Part shown: piece after piece, positions 29,428 to 40,109 of the stretch
How the letters are laid out: each line of letters opens with the position of its first letter
Position numbering within the stretch: the first letter of the stretch is position 1
DNA from: an uncultured Mycoplasmatota bacterium
Lineage (GTDB): Bacteria > Bacillota_I > Bacilli_A > RF39 > UBA660
Assembly (NCBI GenBank): GCA_946490195.1
Contig: CAMLWN010000001.1
Location: forward strand, 238-64,237
Length of the DNA stretch: 64,000 nucleotides
Direction: 5' to 3'
The notes under the pieces: model-generated
What the model saw: only the letters and a program-made list of their open reading frames with translations
Databases searched by the model: none
Told to the model about the DNA's origin: nothing
Program-made: the position numbers and the translations under genes

Positions 29428-30247
29428 AACGGAAATAAAATAATACAAACAAAGATAAAAAGAAACAATAAATAGAAAATTTCCAAAGCTTACCATTTTG
29501 AACAAGTTTAGATAGCCATCGATAAGAAAAGTAGGTAACGATTCCAGCAGCAATTAATCCTAATGTATATGGAATAAATAATGTAGCTAAATTTCCGCTT
29601 TCTAATAAATCAACCACTCCAAGTCCCATAGAAGCAACACTGACTGGCAGATATAACATAAAAGTATATTTTAAAGAAGCTTTACGAGAAATTTTACAAA
29701 GAAGACAACCGACTAACACAGTTCCACTACGACTAATTCCTGGTATCAAAGCAACCATTTGCATAAGTCCAATAATAATTGCATCTTTATAAGTAATATC
29801 GTAATCTTCTTTCTTACCATTACATTTCCTTACTAGGAAAAGCATAAATGCTGTGATCATAAAAGAAATACCTAAAAGTGTCATATTACCTGACCAAGCA
29901 TCAACGGTATCTTTAAATAAAAGTCCAGCTATTCCAACAGGAATACTTCCAAGGATAATAAGTAAACAATATTTAAAATCTTTTTGATACTCTTTTCTTT
30001 TTTTCTTTTGAAAAATATATCCAAAAAAAGCAGTTAAAAGCTTGAAAATATCTTTCCAAAAAATCAAAAAAATCGCAATAAACGAACCAAAATTAACAAC
30101 AATTTCAAAATTCACATCATTTAACATATTTGTATTAAAAAGATTTTTGATCAAGACTAAATGTCCACTGCTTGAAATAGGAAGAGGTTCAGTAAAACCT
30201 TGAATAATTCCCAAAATAATATAAATTAAGTAATCCACAACTATCAC
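29426..30247 (-). CDS. uppP: undecaprenyl-diphosphatase
   Basis: PISSSGHL and GISRSG signature motifs in an eight-TM protein. Confidence 0.85.
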   Translation of the reverse strand: MIVVDYLIYIILGIIQGFTEPLPISSSGHLVLIKNLFNTNMLNDVNFEIVVNFGSFIAIFLIFWKDIFKLLTAFFGYIFQKKKRKEYQKDFKYCLLIILGSIPVGIAGLLFKDTVDAWSGNMTLLGISFMITAFMLFLVRKCNGKKEDYDITYKDAIIIGLMQMVALIPGISRSGTVLVGCLLCKISRKASLKYTFMLYLPVSVASMGLGVVDLLESGNLATLFIPYTLGLIAAGIVTYFSYRWLSKLVQNGKLWKFSIYCFFLSLFVLFYFR

Positions 30248-30305
30248 CTTACAACATTATATACTAAAAAAGGAAAATAAGAAATAAAATATTTAAGAGG
30301 ATGAA

Positions 30306-30509
30306 ATGAAAAAAGTTGGATTTTTAATTTTAGGCATTGTATTGACAATCTTAGGAATTTTTTTTAACGTTTTATATGTCAATATTTTAGTTTTAGGGTA
30401 TAGTTTTGGGGATTATGTTCATTTTATTAGTAATAGAATAGAATTTTATTTTTTATGGTTAGGTATTCTATGTTTAATAATTTACTTGAAAAGAAAGGAA
30501 AGAAAATAA
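30306..30509 (+). CDS. small membrane protein
   Basis: Two hydrophobic helices. Confidence 0.35.
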   Translation: MKKVGFLILGIVLTILGIFFNVLYVNILVLGYSFGDYVHFISNRIEFYFLWLGILCLIIYLKRKERK

Positions 30510-31144
30510 TGCACTATTATTATGATTTATTAGTAAATCTAGATGAAACGCCTTGGGAATTTTATGAATGGGACAAAAGAGATACAATTATTTCTATAAA
30601 AAAGATTCCAATTATAAGAATAAAAGAACAAGATTTTTTAAAAATTTATTGTTATGAAGGACAAATAGAAGAAGAATGGATAAAAATATATCAAAAGAAA
30701 ACGATACTAAAAGGAAATGTCCAAAACCCAACTATGCTTCTAATTTCTTCAACAAAAAATAGCCTAGTTCTTGAAATAGCTAATGATGGAAAAATTATAA
30801 ATCGTTCAAAACTATTAATTGAGGATGAGAATAACGCAAACGAATTAGCAACGACATTAAAAGAAATTTCAATTCCTTTTAAAAAAACAAAGCAAATAAA
30901 AAAAAGAACGGAATTTAGACAAGCTTTAGAAGAAAAAAAATTAATTAAAATAGAATTAAAAACTTTAAAAGAAAAAGAAAACACCTCTAAATGTGCTTAT
31001 TTATATTATGAATGGTTTGGCAAACTAGAAACAGATTTAGATAAAATGATTGAAAAATGTTCACAAGAATTAAAAAAACCATACTCTTTAAAATTTCATG
31101 AAATTGCATCCTTGATTCGTTTATCTTACAAGGAACGATTATGA
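30509..31144 (+). CDS. hypothetical protein
   Basis: ORF with RBS aaaggaaag. Start is MHYYYD. Confidence 0.4.
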   Translation: MHYYYDLLVNLDETPWEFYEWDKRDTIISIKKIPIIRIKEQDFLKIYCYEGQIEEEWIKIYQKKTILKGNVQNPTMLLISSTKNSLVLEIANDGKIINRSKLLIEDENNANELATTLKEISIPFKKTKQIKKRTEFRQALEEKKLIKIELKTLKEKENTSKCAYLYYEWFGKLETDLDKMIEKCSQELKKPYSLKFHEIASLIRLSYKERL

Positions 31145-31650
31145 AAAAATGTGTGGTTGTAGTACTATGCTGTATATTGTTATGTGGATGTACAAAAATC
31201 CATGCAAAAGATGCAGTCATAAGTTATTTAGAAAAATATCGAAATTTTACAACAGAAATAGAACAATCTCTTATAGATACATTAGATGAAGAAAAGTTTA
31301 CTAAAGAACAAAGAGAACAATATATTCTTCTTATGAAAAAACAATTCGTGAACTTAACGTATAAAATAAAAGAGGAAATATATAATGGGGATAAAGCAAC
31401 GATTTTTGTTGACATAACTGTATATGATTATCACCATAGTATCAGAGAGGCTTTAAAAGAAAATAGTGCTGAAGAAAACTATATAAATTTACAATTAGAA
31501 AAAATGAGTAAAGAAAAGAAAAAAACAACTTATACAATCGCTATGAAAACAAGATATGAAGGAAATTCTTGGATAGTGGAACAACCAGACGAAGATACTA
31601 TCAAAAAAATTCAAGGAACATATTATGCTTCAGATGAACTTTTAGATTGA
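31141..31650 (+). CDS. lipoprotein
   Basis: Signal peptide with lipobox LLCGC. Confidence 0.6.
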   Translation: MKKCVVVVLCCILLCGCTKIHAKDAVISYLEKYRNFTTEIEQSLIDTLDEEKFTKEQREQYILLMKKQFVNLTYKIKEEIYNGDKATIFVDITVYDYHHSIREALKENSAEENYINLQLEKMSKEKKKTTYTIAMKTRYEGNSWIVEQPDEDTIKKIQGTYYASDELLD

Positions 31651-32005
31651 TGTGGAAATGGTGCTAGCGACGGAAGTTCAAATACTGCTTATGGGATAGG
31701 ATATGGAAGAGAAATACTAAAAATTTATGAGGATAGGGAATATCCAAACCAAGTTAGAAATTCTTCTGATACAACTGTTTTTTATAAAGTTAGTTTACTC
31801 AAAAAATTATAGATGTTGCCGACATAAATGTTGGTAACTAAAAATTGAGGGTAGCCTTAGTGGTTACTCTCTTTTTTTGTGCGATAAACTTTACTTTCAA
31901 AGCAAAATATGTTAGGGTATGTACACTATTTTATAAATTTACTATTTTTTCATTTTGTAAAATTCAATAAAATATGATATAGTTTAATTAGAATAGGAGG
32001 GCTTA

Positions 32006-32203
32006 TTGATGAACAAACAAGAGTATATTGCTTCTCAAAAGGATTGTGCAAAACTACTCGGAATCTCGCTTGAAGAATATAATAAAAGTTTAAAGCAAAT
32101 AAAAAGTAATCAATTTTTTGAAACGCCTTCTGAGAAGAAACAAAACGAAGTCTTAAAAAAATTAGGACTAACTGAAAAAGATTTAAAGAAAAGAGTGTGT
32201 TAA
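32006..32203 (+). CDS. putative antitoxin of MazEF-like pair
   Basis: 65-aa ORF immediately upstream of the MazF-like gene and ATGA-coupled to it. Confidence 0.45.
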   Translation: MMNKQEYIASQKDCAKLLGISLEEYNKSLKQIKSNQFFETPSEKKQNEVLKKLGLTEKDLKKRVC

Positions 32204-32611
32204 ATGACTAAACCAAGTATAGGGGAAATATGGATAGTTGCCATTCCAATAATATATTATGATGAAAATTCGGATATAATGGTTCAAATACAGAGAAGAC
32301 CAGTTTTAGTTCTTGATGATGGCAGAGGTTTGATAGTTGAAGAAGATAAAAGAAATTTTCATGTATTTAAACTTACTACTCAGAATGATCCATATAAAAG
32401 AATACCAATAAAAAACTGGAAGAAACTCGGTTTAAGATATAAATCTTATGTTAGAATTGAAATGCCAATTAAAATAGAAGCTCAGCAGTTTCAAAATAAA
32501 ATAACAGAAATACCACCAGAAGAGCTTTTAGAGTATTATAAAGAACTATATAATATTTTAAATATTGAAGCCCTAGAAAAAATGGTTAAGTCAGATAAAA
32601 TAGTATCCTAG
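32204..32611 (+). CDS. MazF/PemK-family endoribonuclease toxin
   Basis: GEIWIVAIP...RRPVLVLDD matches the MazF core G(D/E)I(Y/W)xV....RPVLV(I/L). Confidence 0.6.
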   Translation: MTKPSIGEIWIVAIPIIYYDENSDIMVQIQRRPVLVLDDGRGLIVEEDKRNFHVFKLTTQNDPYKRIPIKNWKKLGLRYKSYVRIEMPIKIEAQQFQNKITEIPPEELLEYYKELYNILNIEALEKMVKSDKIVS

Positions 32612-32613
32612 AA

Positions 32614-32643
32614 AGAGAATAGCGAAATCTATTCTCTTTTTTT
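32614..32643 (+). terminator. rho-independent terminator
   Basis: 9-bp stem agagaatag/ctattctct followed by T7. Confidence 0.7.
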
Positions 32644-32752
32644 GAGGTGAAAACTACGATATATATTGTCGAACGACTTTTTTTACAAATTGTATATTAT
32701 AGATTAAGGACTAATTTTTAGTCTTTTTTCATACATTTTTATAGGTGATTTC

Positions 32753-33814
32753 ATGAAAAAAATCCTCTTTTGCTTACTAATTCTTTTTTTTCCAATAACA
32801 GCTCATGCCATAAGCGCAGAAAGCTATGTAGTCATGGACTATGATTCAGGAAGAGTTCTTTTAAGTAAAAATCCCGAAAAAGAAAAATTAATTGCTAGTA
32901 CTACCAAAATAATGACTGCAATTGTAGCAATTGAAAATGGAGACATAAATTCTACAAGAAAAGTAGGTGAAGAGGTATTAAAAGCCTATGGAAGTGCGAT
33001 TTACTTAAGCTTAGATGAAGAAATAACTTTAAAAGATTTATTATATGGGTTAATGCTTCGAAGTGGTAATGATGCTGCAATAGAAATTGCTTATCATGTA
33101 AGTGGAAATATGGAAAAATTTGTGGAATTAATGAATAAAAAAGCTTATGAATTAGGAATGAGCAACACAAAATTTTTAAACAACCATGGTCTAGAAGAAA
33201 GCGATGGTTCTGGAAATACTTCCACTGCTTATGATATGGCTATATTAATGCGTTATGCTCTAAAAAATGATACGTTTAGAAGTATCATCGGTACAGAAAC
33301 ATATGAAGCCAAAACTTCTGGAAAAACTTACGTTTGGCAAAATAAAAATAAGCTTTTAAAAATGTATGAATATAATATAGGTGGAAAGACGGGATTTACC
33401 AAAAAAGCAAAAAGAACATTGGTTACTGCTTCAAAAAAAGAGGATAAAACCTGTATTGTTGTTACTTTAAATGATGGAAATGACTTTGAAGATCATAAAA
33501 ATTTATGCGAAAAAGTTTTTGAAGAATATGAACGAGTAGCAATATTAGATAAAGAATCCTTAGTAATCGATGCTCAAAATCCTCAGAAATATTATATTAA
33601 AAACGATTATTATGCATTATTAACGAAAGAAGAAATGGACCAAGTAAAAATTGATTTTAAAATAAATTCTGAACAAAAAGAAGAAGAGGTAGGTGTAGCC
33701 GAAGTTTATTTAAATAATGAAATCTTAACATCTGAAAAAATTTATCAAAAAATTGAAGAAGAAAAAAAAGCAAATTTTTTTCAAAAATTTTTAAGGTGGT
33801 TGTTTAGATGGTAA
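32753..33814 (+). CDS. dacB: D-alanyl-D-alanine carboxypeptidase (S11), sporulation-type
   Basis: SxxK (ASTTK), SGN and KTGFT motifs. The conserved dacB-spmA-spmB order. Confidence 0.8.
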   Translation: MKKILFCLLILFFPITAHAISAESYVVMDYDSGRVLLSKNPEKEKLIASTTKIMTAIVAIENGDINSTRKVGEEVLKAYGSAIYLSLDEEITLKDLLYGLMLRSGNDAAIEIAYHVSGNMEKFVELMNKKAYELGMSNTKFLNNHGLEESDGSGNTSTAYDMAILMRYALKNDTFRSIIGTETYEAKTSGKTYVWQNKNKLLKMYEYNIGGKTGFTKKAKRTLVTASKKEDKTCIVVTLNDGNDFEDHKNLCEKVFEEYERVAILDKESLVIDAQNPQKYYIKNDYYALLTKEEMDQVKIDFKINSEQKEEEVGVAEVYLNNEILTSEKIYQKIEEEKKANFFQKFLRWLFRW

Positions 33815-34386
33815 GTATTATATGGCTTATATTCATAGCAGTAGGTTCATTTTTCTTTATCGCCACCGGAAATATAGATATTTTAAATGAGGAAATACTA
33901 AAAGGTGGAGCTGGGGGAATTAAACTCTTAACAGAAATGCTTCCCTTACTTGTTTTATGGACAGGAATTATGCAAATCGCTGAAGATGCTCATTTACTAG
34001 ACATTTTTGCCAAATTAGTACGTCCAGTTTTAAGTAAGTTATTTCCAAGTTTGCCAAAAGATCATCCAGCTTTAGGTTATATTGCCAGTAACATAGCCGC
34101 GAATGCCCTAGGATTAGGAAGTGCAGCTACTCCTTTTGGATTAAAAGCAATGGAATGTTTGCAAAAAGACAATCCTAAGAAAGATACAGCGACAGAAGCT
34201 ATGGTCACATTTTTAGTATTAAATACGGGCGGAGTTACAATTGTCCCGACAACAGTAATTGCTCTTCGACTGATGTATCAAAGTGCCAATCCTTCAGAAA
34301 TTATTATCACAAGTATTTTAGCTACTTTGTGTTCAAATGTTTCAGGTCTTTTATTTGACTATTATAAAAGGAGAAAGAAAAAATGA
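33808..34386 (+). CDS. spmA: spore maturation protein A
   Basis: Nucleoside-recognition-domain membrane protein with strong similarity to SpmA (TGNI...LWTGIMQIAE...LGLGSAATPFGLKAM). Confidence 0.8.
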   Translation: MVSIIWLIFIAVGSFFFIATGNIDILNEEILKGGAGGIKLLTEMLPLLVLWTGIMQIAEDAHLLDIFAKLVRPVLSKLFPSLPKDHPALGYIASNIAANALGLGSAATPFGLKAMECLQKDNPKKDTATEAMVTFLVLNTGGVTIVPTTVIALRLMYQSANPSEIIITSILATLCSNVSGLLFDYYKRRKKK

Positions 34387-34901
34387 ATCTATCCAATTAT
34401 ATTGTTCCAGTTTTTGTGTTATTTATCATTCTTTATGGATATCATAAAAAAGTAAATATTTATGATTCTTTTCTAGTCGGAGCAAAAAATGGGTTAATAA
34501 CAGTTTTCAACATTGCTCCAGCAGTGATTGCAATGGTGTTTGCTACCAATCTTTTCCTAAATTCTCATTTTTTAGAATTTGTTTTCTCATTCTTTAATCC
34601 AGTCTTAGAAGCTTTAAATATTCCTGTCAGTGTCTTACCAATGGCGATGGTAAGACCAATTTCCGGGACAGCTTCTTTAGCAATCATGAGTAACATTTTT
34701 GAATTATATGGTCCAGATTCCTTTGTAGGCCGTCTTGCTTCGAACTTGCAAGGATGTACAGATACAACAATTTACGTATTAGCCTTATATTTTGGGTCAA
34801 TAAAAGTTACCAAGACAAAACATGCTTTATCCGCAGGTTTATTTGCCGATGCTGTTGGAATTATTGCAGCATTTGTGATAACTTTTCTCTTTTTTGGCTA
34901 A
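34383..34901 (+). CDS. spmB: spore maturation protein B
   Basis: Follows spmA with ATGA overlap. SpmB-like membrane protein. Confidence 0.75.
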   Translation: MNLSNYIVPVFVLFIILYGYHKKVNIYDSFLVGAKNGLITVFNIAPAVIAMVFATNLFLNSHFLEFVFSFFNPVLEALNIPVSVLPMAMVRPISGTASLAIMSNIFELYGPDSFVGRLASNLQGCTDTTIYVLALYFGSIKVTKTKHALSAGLFADAVGIIAAFVITFLFFG

Positions 34902-35050
34902 AAAAAGAATTCTAAATTCTTCTTTATTTAAAGGAAAAAAGCACAAAAGCAAATACAAATGTACGTGTCAAAAAGTGAAAAAATTTGACATTTCAACATA
35001 AAATATAGTATAATGGTTTCACTTTCCGGAAAAGAGAAGGATGGTTTGAA

Positions 35051-35710
35051 ATGAAAAAATTACCCTCGATTAAAGCTATCTGTTTAGCCTTAATCGTAAT
35101 CTGTAGTATCCAGTTAGTTTCAGCTATAGTCAAAAGCATCACAATCTTATCAATGGATAGTGCAATATTTTCAACAGGAAGTAAACTTGTTGAGTCAATC
35201 ATGGTAAAGAATAAGCGTGCGAGCTTTGAAAAAATAAATTATGAAGATGAAAGCTTAAGACAAGAAATTGAAATTGTTAGTCTAAAAGCTTCCTCACCAG
35301 TTATTGTCTATGATGGCATGACGATGGAAGAACTTGCAGCTAAACTTGAATTAAGCTTAAACAGTGATTTACAAGGTTATGGTATGAGTTTTGCAAAATA
35401 CTCAATTGAATACGGAGTAGATCCATATTTAGCATTAGCTATTACATTACATGAAACGGGATGTACTTGGAATTGTAGTAGCCTTGTGAAAAAGTGTAAT
35501 AATGTTGGAGGTATGAAAGGTTCAGGATGTGGATCTTACGCAGCATTTTCTAGTTTAGATGAGGGAATTGAAGCTATGATAAGAAACTTAGCAAACAATT
35601 ACATTAGTGTAGGTTTAACTACTCCGGAAACAATCGGTAGAAAATATGCGGCAAGTGAAACGTGGCCAGTAAAAATTCAATATTATATGAACAAAATCAG
35701 AAATGCTTAG
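35051..35710 (+). CDS. secreted GH73 glucosaminidase-domain protein
   Basis: Signal peptide plus the FlgJ/LytD-like motif (ALAITLHETG...GGMKG). Confidence 0.55.
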   Translation: MKKLPSIKAICLALIVICSIQLVSAIVKSITILSMDSAIFSTGSKLVESIMVKNKRASFEKINYEDESLRQEIEIVSLKASSPVIVYDGMTMEELAAKLELSLNSDLQGYGMSFAKYSIEYGVDPYLALAITLHETGCTWNCSSLVKKCNNVGGMKGSGCGSYAAFSSLDEGIEAMIRNLANNYISVGLTTPETIGRKYAASETWPVKIQYYMNKIRNA

Positions 35711-35856
35711 GAAAAAAATCCTAAGTTTTTTTATGAAAAATAACCAAAGCATAAATAAAAAATATATCTGATAATTTGATTTATTTTAAAAAATTTTTGA
35801 CTTTGTTATAAAAAACTAGTATAATAATCTCATGTATAGAATAAGAGGGTAGAATT

Positions 35857-37293
35857 ATGAATATGAATAATGAATCAAACAATCAAAATTTTAATGGTGG
35901 CATGGAAAATTTAAGCAATGGAAACAATATGATGAATCAAAATGGAATGCCAAATCCGAATCCTATACCTAATAATCAAGGATTTAACACACCTAATCCT
36001 AACATGATTCCAAATCCTACTCCAATGCCTGAGCAAAATATGGGAACAGGAAATACAAATATTCCAAATCCAATGCCTATTCCACCAGCAGGAGAAAATA
36101 TAAACTTAGAACCCGCTGGAATGGTACCACAAACGCCACAACAAGTGAATAACAATGTGGCACAACCTTTGGAAGCTACTTCATTAAATGCTCAAACTGT
36201 AATGAATCCAGCACCTAATCAAATGGGAATGATGGATCAAAACAATATGGAAACAATGAATAGTGCAAATCCAAATATGATGAATAATACTCCAACAGGA
36301 GCTCCTAACCCAAATAACAATATTGATATGATGGGAGGAATTCCAGTACCACCACCTATTCCAGAAGAACCTAAAAACAAAGGAAAGAAAAAGCCAATTA
36401 ATACTCCATTACTCATTATTTTAATTGTAGTTTTAATTGCAGCGATTGGATACGGAGTTTACTACTTTTTAACGACAAGTAAGTCTGCATCTAATACAGT
36501 AACAGTAACACCAACTTTATCTGAATTAGAATTGGGAGCAGAGATTGGTACAGGAGCAGAATTTTATGGACGTATTTCTCCAAGTTCTGCAGCTAGCAGT
36601 TGTACAGTTGATACAGATTTAGATACATCAAAAGTAGGAACATATGAATATACAATAACTTGCGATGGAAAAACAACAGAGCCTCATATTATAGAAGTAA
36701 AAGATACAATCGCTCCTGAAGTAGAAGTAAAAGAAGTAATCGTAACTCCTGGTACAACAGTAGAAGCAGATGATTTTATTGAATCTGCCATAGATGAATC
36801 AGATGTAACTTTTACATTTGAAGAAGAAATTGACACCAGTGTTGAAGGAGAATATGAAGTAAATATTATAGCTAGTGACGAATACGAAAATACGACAACT
36901 GTAGTTGGACGTTTAATTGTAGATGCAAATGCACCTCAAACATTTATGTATTGTAATAGAGATGAAACTACTGATCAACCTGCTACAGCATATTCTGAGT
37001 ATCGTTTTGGAATTGATAATCAAGGATTATTTTATAACGGTCAAAAAACAATCACTTATGAATTTGAAACAGAAGCCGATTATTTGGCAGCTGTAGAAAC
37101 TATTGAAACTGATGGTTCATTAGACGGATATGAAGGAAGAGTTTACATGGATGATGACAGCTATCTAATTACGATCAAAGTTGATATGAGTGAAGAAGAT
37201 TTAGCAACAGATTTTAATCTAGATACATTCCCTACAGGAGAAGGAGATATAGAAGGGTTATTTGATAGTCCTTGCGAATATGGAGATGAGTAA
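35857..37293 (+). CDS. membrane protein with N/P/M-rich cytoplasmic low-complexity region and extracellular beta-rich domain
   Basis: NPNPIPN / IPNPTPMPE / IPNPMPIPP repeats, a single TM (LLIILIVVLIAAIGYGVYYFL), then an acidic ectodomain. Confidence 0.4.
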   Translation: MNMNNESNNQNFNGGMENLSNGNNMMNQNGMPNPNPIPNNQGFNTPNPNMIPNPTPMPEQNMGTGNTNIPNPMPIPPAGENINLEPAGMVPQTPQQVNNNVAQPLEATSLNAQTVMNPAPNQMGMMDQNNMETMNSANPNMMNNTPTGAPNPNNNIDMMGGIPVPPPIPEEPKNKGKKKPINTPLLIILIVVLIAAIGYGVYYFLTTSKSASNTVTVTPTLSELELGAEIGTGAEFYGRISPSSAASSCTVDTDLDTSKVGTYEYTITCDGKTTEPHIIEVKDTIAPEVEVKEVIVTPGTTVEADDFIESAIDESDVTFTFEEEIDTSVEGEYEVNIIASDEYENTTTVVGRLIVDANAPQTFMYCNRDETTDQPATAYSEYRFGIDNQGLFYNGQKTITYEFETEADYLAAVETIETDGSLDGYEGRVYMDDDSYLITIKVDMSEEDLATDFNLDTFPTGEGDIEGLFDSPCEYGDE

Positions 37294-37359
37294 GCATATG
37301 CTTACTTTTTTTTGGCAATTTTTTAAAAAGTGCATAAACTAGATTAGGAGGAAAAAATT

Positions 37360-38433
37360 ATGAAAGTAATTGTTTATGCTATTGCTAAAAATGAAGAAAA
37401 ATTTGTGGATCGGTGGGTAGATTCTATGCAAGAGGCAGATGAGATTATAGTTTTAGATACAGGTTCTACAGATAAAACCGTTGAGAAATTAAAGAAAAGA
37501 AATGTCAAAGTTTATGAAGAAAAAATTTATCCATGGCGTTTTGATACAGCCAGAAATGAATCACTTGCCAAAGTTCCAAAAGATGCAGATATCTGTGTTT
37601 GTACAGATTTAGATGAAGTATTTGTTCCTGGATGGCGAGCTATTTTAGAAAAGTGTTGGGAACAAGAACATCCAACTAGAGCCAAATATACATTTAATTG
37701 GAAATTAGATGAAAACAATAATCCGCGTGTAACCTTTTTATCTAATAAAATTCATAATCGAACAGACTATCACTGGCAAAATGCTGTTCATGAAGTTTTA
37801 GCAAGTAAAAATGAAGAAAAGGAAATTGAAGTACCGATTACTTTAAATCATTATCCTGATGCAACAAAATCACGAAGCTCATACTTACCTTTATTAGAGA
37901 TAAGTGTTGAAGAAGATCCAGAAAATGATCGAAATTTGCATTATCTAGGAAGAGAGTATATGTATTATGAACGATGGGATGACTGTATTAAACTCTTGCA
38001 TCGCCATTTAAAATGTAAAAATGCAACATGGAAAGATGAGAGATGTGCATCTATGAGATTTATGGGTCGTGCATACCAAGCAAAAGGATATCTAGAAGAA
38101 GCAGAGAATTGGTGGAAATTGGCCATTAATGAAGCACCTTATTTAAGAGAGGGATACATTGAGTTAGCAGGCCTTTATATTTCTGAAAACAAATATAATG
38201 AAGCGTATGAACTATTAAACCAAGCCTATCAAATAAAAGAAAAAAGCAAATCCTATATCAATGAAGAATTTGCTTGGAATGATGCATTTTATGATTTGTT
38301 TTCTCTAGCGGCATTTTACACAGGACATTATAATGAAGCAATTTCCTATGTGAAAACAGCCATTGAAATGAATTCGAATGAAAAAAGATATCAAGATAAT
38401 TTAAATCTTATGATTCCGTATCAGATGAACTGA
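37360..38433 (+). CDS. family-2 glycosyltransferase with C-terminal TPR-like domain
   Basis: N-terminal GT-A motif (IVYAIAKNEEKFVDRWVDS...VLDTGSTD) and TPR-like helices at the C-terminus. Confidence 0.6.
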   Translation: MKVIVYAIAKNEEKFVDRWVDSMQEADEIIVLDTGSTDKTVEKLKKRNVKVYEEKIYPWRFDTARNESLAKVPKDADICVCTDLDEVFVPGWRAILEKCWEQEHPTRAKYTFNWKLDENNNPRVTFLSNKIHNRTDYHWQNAVHEVLASKNEEKEIEVPITLNHYPDATKSRSSYLPLLEISVEEDPENDRNLHYLGREYMYYERWDDCIKLLHRHLKCKNATWKDERCASMRFMGRAYQAKGYLEEAENWWKLAINEAPYLREGYIELAGLYISENKYNEAYELLNQAYQIKEKSKSYINEEFAWNDAFYDLFSLAAFYTGHYNEAISYVKTAIEMNSNEKRYQDNLNLMIPYQMN

Positions 38434-39967
38434 TTCTTTTCGCATGAATAACAAGTCGTTCATTATTACCTGTACAAGTAGATAAAGTTAATAAATAATC
38501 ATCATGAGTAACGGAAATATCAAAATTATGTATACTACGTGATTGTGTCATGGAAATATAATTGTTTTTTTCTTCATCACTACTAAATGACACTTGTAAA
38601 TAATCACTAGTTTTAGGAATAGTGTAGATTGAATATATTTGCCATTTCATAGACTCATACATCGTATCAAAAGTAATAACCAAATTTTCTGGATTTGTAT
38701 ACCAAGAAGAATTTAAAGCACGATGTAAAGTTCCAAACATAACACCACTATAATACATATTATGTCCATAAATAATAGTATTGTCATTTAAGTTTTTATC
38801 AGAGTTTCGAAAATCCATAAAAATCCAACCATTTTTATCATCTTCTTGATATAAATTCTTTTTTAAATAATATTGATTATCATCAGCTGTAACAACTGGA
38901 TAATCCACATTCGTATTATTAACCTTGAGATAACCAATAACATCAGGATTAATCGTTGTTAAAGAAGCTACATAAGGGTTTTTAATAACTAGTCCATCAT
39001 CAGTTTCTCCATTTTCCTCAAAATTTCCACTTTCAATTACAGAAGCTACTTCATCTTGAATAGAACTAACTTCTTGCATAGCATAATAATTTTGAACAAA
39101 AATATAACCCACAGAACCAACAATAAAAAATACAATTAAAAATCCACAAAGTTTTAAAGTATTTAAACAAACTTGCTTCATGAGATTATTTTCTAAATAT
39201 TCTTTAGAATAAACTAAATCGATAACAAGTTTGTTTTTTTTATACTTTTTATTTAAATTTTTTAAATATAAAATATCTTGAGAGGAATTTATATTAACAT
39301 GTAATCTGATTAAAACATTTTTTAAATGATAATTTTTTAGGTTTTCTAGAACAAATTCTAAATCTTCTCGGTCAAAGAGAAAAAAATCAATAATTTTCAA
39401 ATATCGATTAATTTTAAAAAAGGTAAGTAAATCCTCTTGGTCTTCCGTAGATAGTTTTTGATAAATTTTAATTTGTTTTTGATAATATATTTTGGAATAA
39501 TCCTGCAAATTATTTTGTTGCATAAATTGTGAAATATAAAAAACTTCACTATGTGTAGTCACTTTAATGTGATGATTGTCTAAGAAATCAAAAGCAAAAT
39601 TTGCAATAGAATAACAATCAAGTTCCCGAATATTTTTATAGTGAACTAATTCTTCACAAAAAGTATACGAAACAGTCTCATTTTTCTTAATTTTAATTTT
39701 ACTAACAGAAGTATTTTTAAAAAAAGAAAGTAAAAAACTAGCAATTTCTATATTTTGAAAAACAAGAGTATCAATATGATTCATAATACACAATTCTCTG
39801 AAAAAGGGAACTACAATTTTTTGATTTTCAGAAATATAATCATCCGTAAATACAAGCTCACTATCACTAATGATATTGGTGTTCATTAAATCTTCACGAA
39901 TCGCGTGATTCCGTTTATAAGAAAAAAATAGAGAAGAATTTTGAATCAAAACTAGAATTTTTTTCAA
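38408..39967 (-). CDS. srtB: class B sortase with ~290-aa N-terminal cytoplasmic extension
   Basis: The C-terminal catalytic domain has IYGHNM and LTLSTC motifs and is preceded by a TM. The N-terminal domain is of unknown function. Confidence 0.65.
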   Translation of the reverse strand: MKKILVLIQNSSLFFSYKRNHAIREDLMNTNIISDSELVFTDDYISENQKIVVPFFRELCIMNHIDTLVFQNIEIASFLLSFFKNTSVSKIKIKKNETVSYTFCEELVHYKNIRELDCYSIANFAFDFLDNHHIKVTTHSEVFYISQFMQQNNLQDYSKIYYQKQIKIYQKLSTEDQEDLLTFFKINRYLKIIDFFLFDREDLEFVLENLKNYHLKNVLIRLHVNINSSQDILYLKNLNKKYKKNKLVIDLVYSKEYLENNLMKQVCLNTLKLCGFLIVFFIVGSVGYIFVQNYYAMQEVSSIQDEVASVIESGNFEENGETDDGLVIKNPYVASLTTINPDVIGYLKVNNTNVDYPVVTADDNQYYLKKNLYQEDDKNGWIFMDFRNSDKNLNDNTIIYGHNMYYSGVMFGTLHRALNSSWYTNPENLVITFDTMYESMKWQIYSIYTIPKTSDYLQVSFSSDEEKNNYISMTQSRSIHNFDISVTHDDYLLTLSTCTGNNERLVIHAKRISSSDTES

Positions 39968-40109
39968 GATTTATCACCACCAATTCATCCTACTATATTA
40001 TAATACCATATTTTTGCAAAATTATTGTAAAAAAAGAAGAAATATGTAGAATTTTAGTATTTTTATGATATAATAAAACCATAATATGAAAGGAAAAGAG
40101 GTTTATAGT

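Noticed and set aside
31800-31870. Imperfect hairpin (gtaactaaaaattgagggtagccttagtggttac + T-run) as a possible sRNA or terminator.
   Set aside because: The stem is poor and no flanking promoter is evident. It is kept only as part of the unexplained non-coding stretch.
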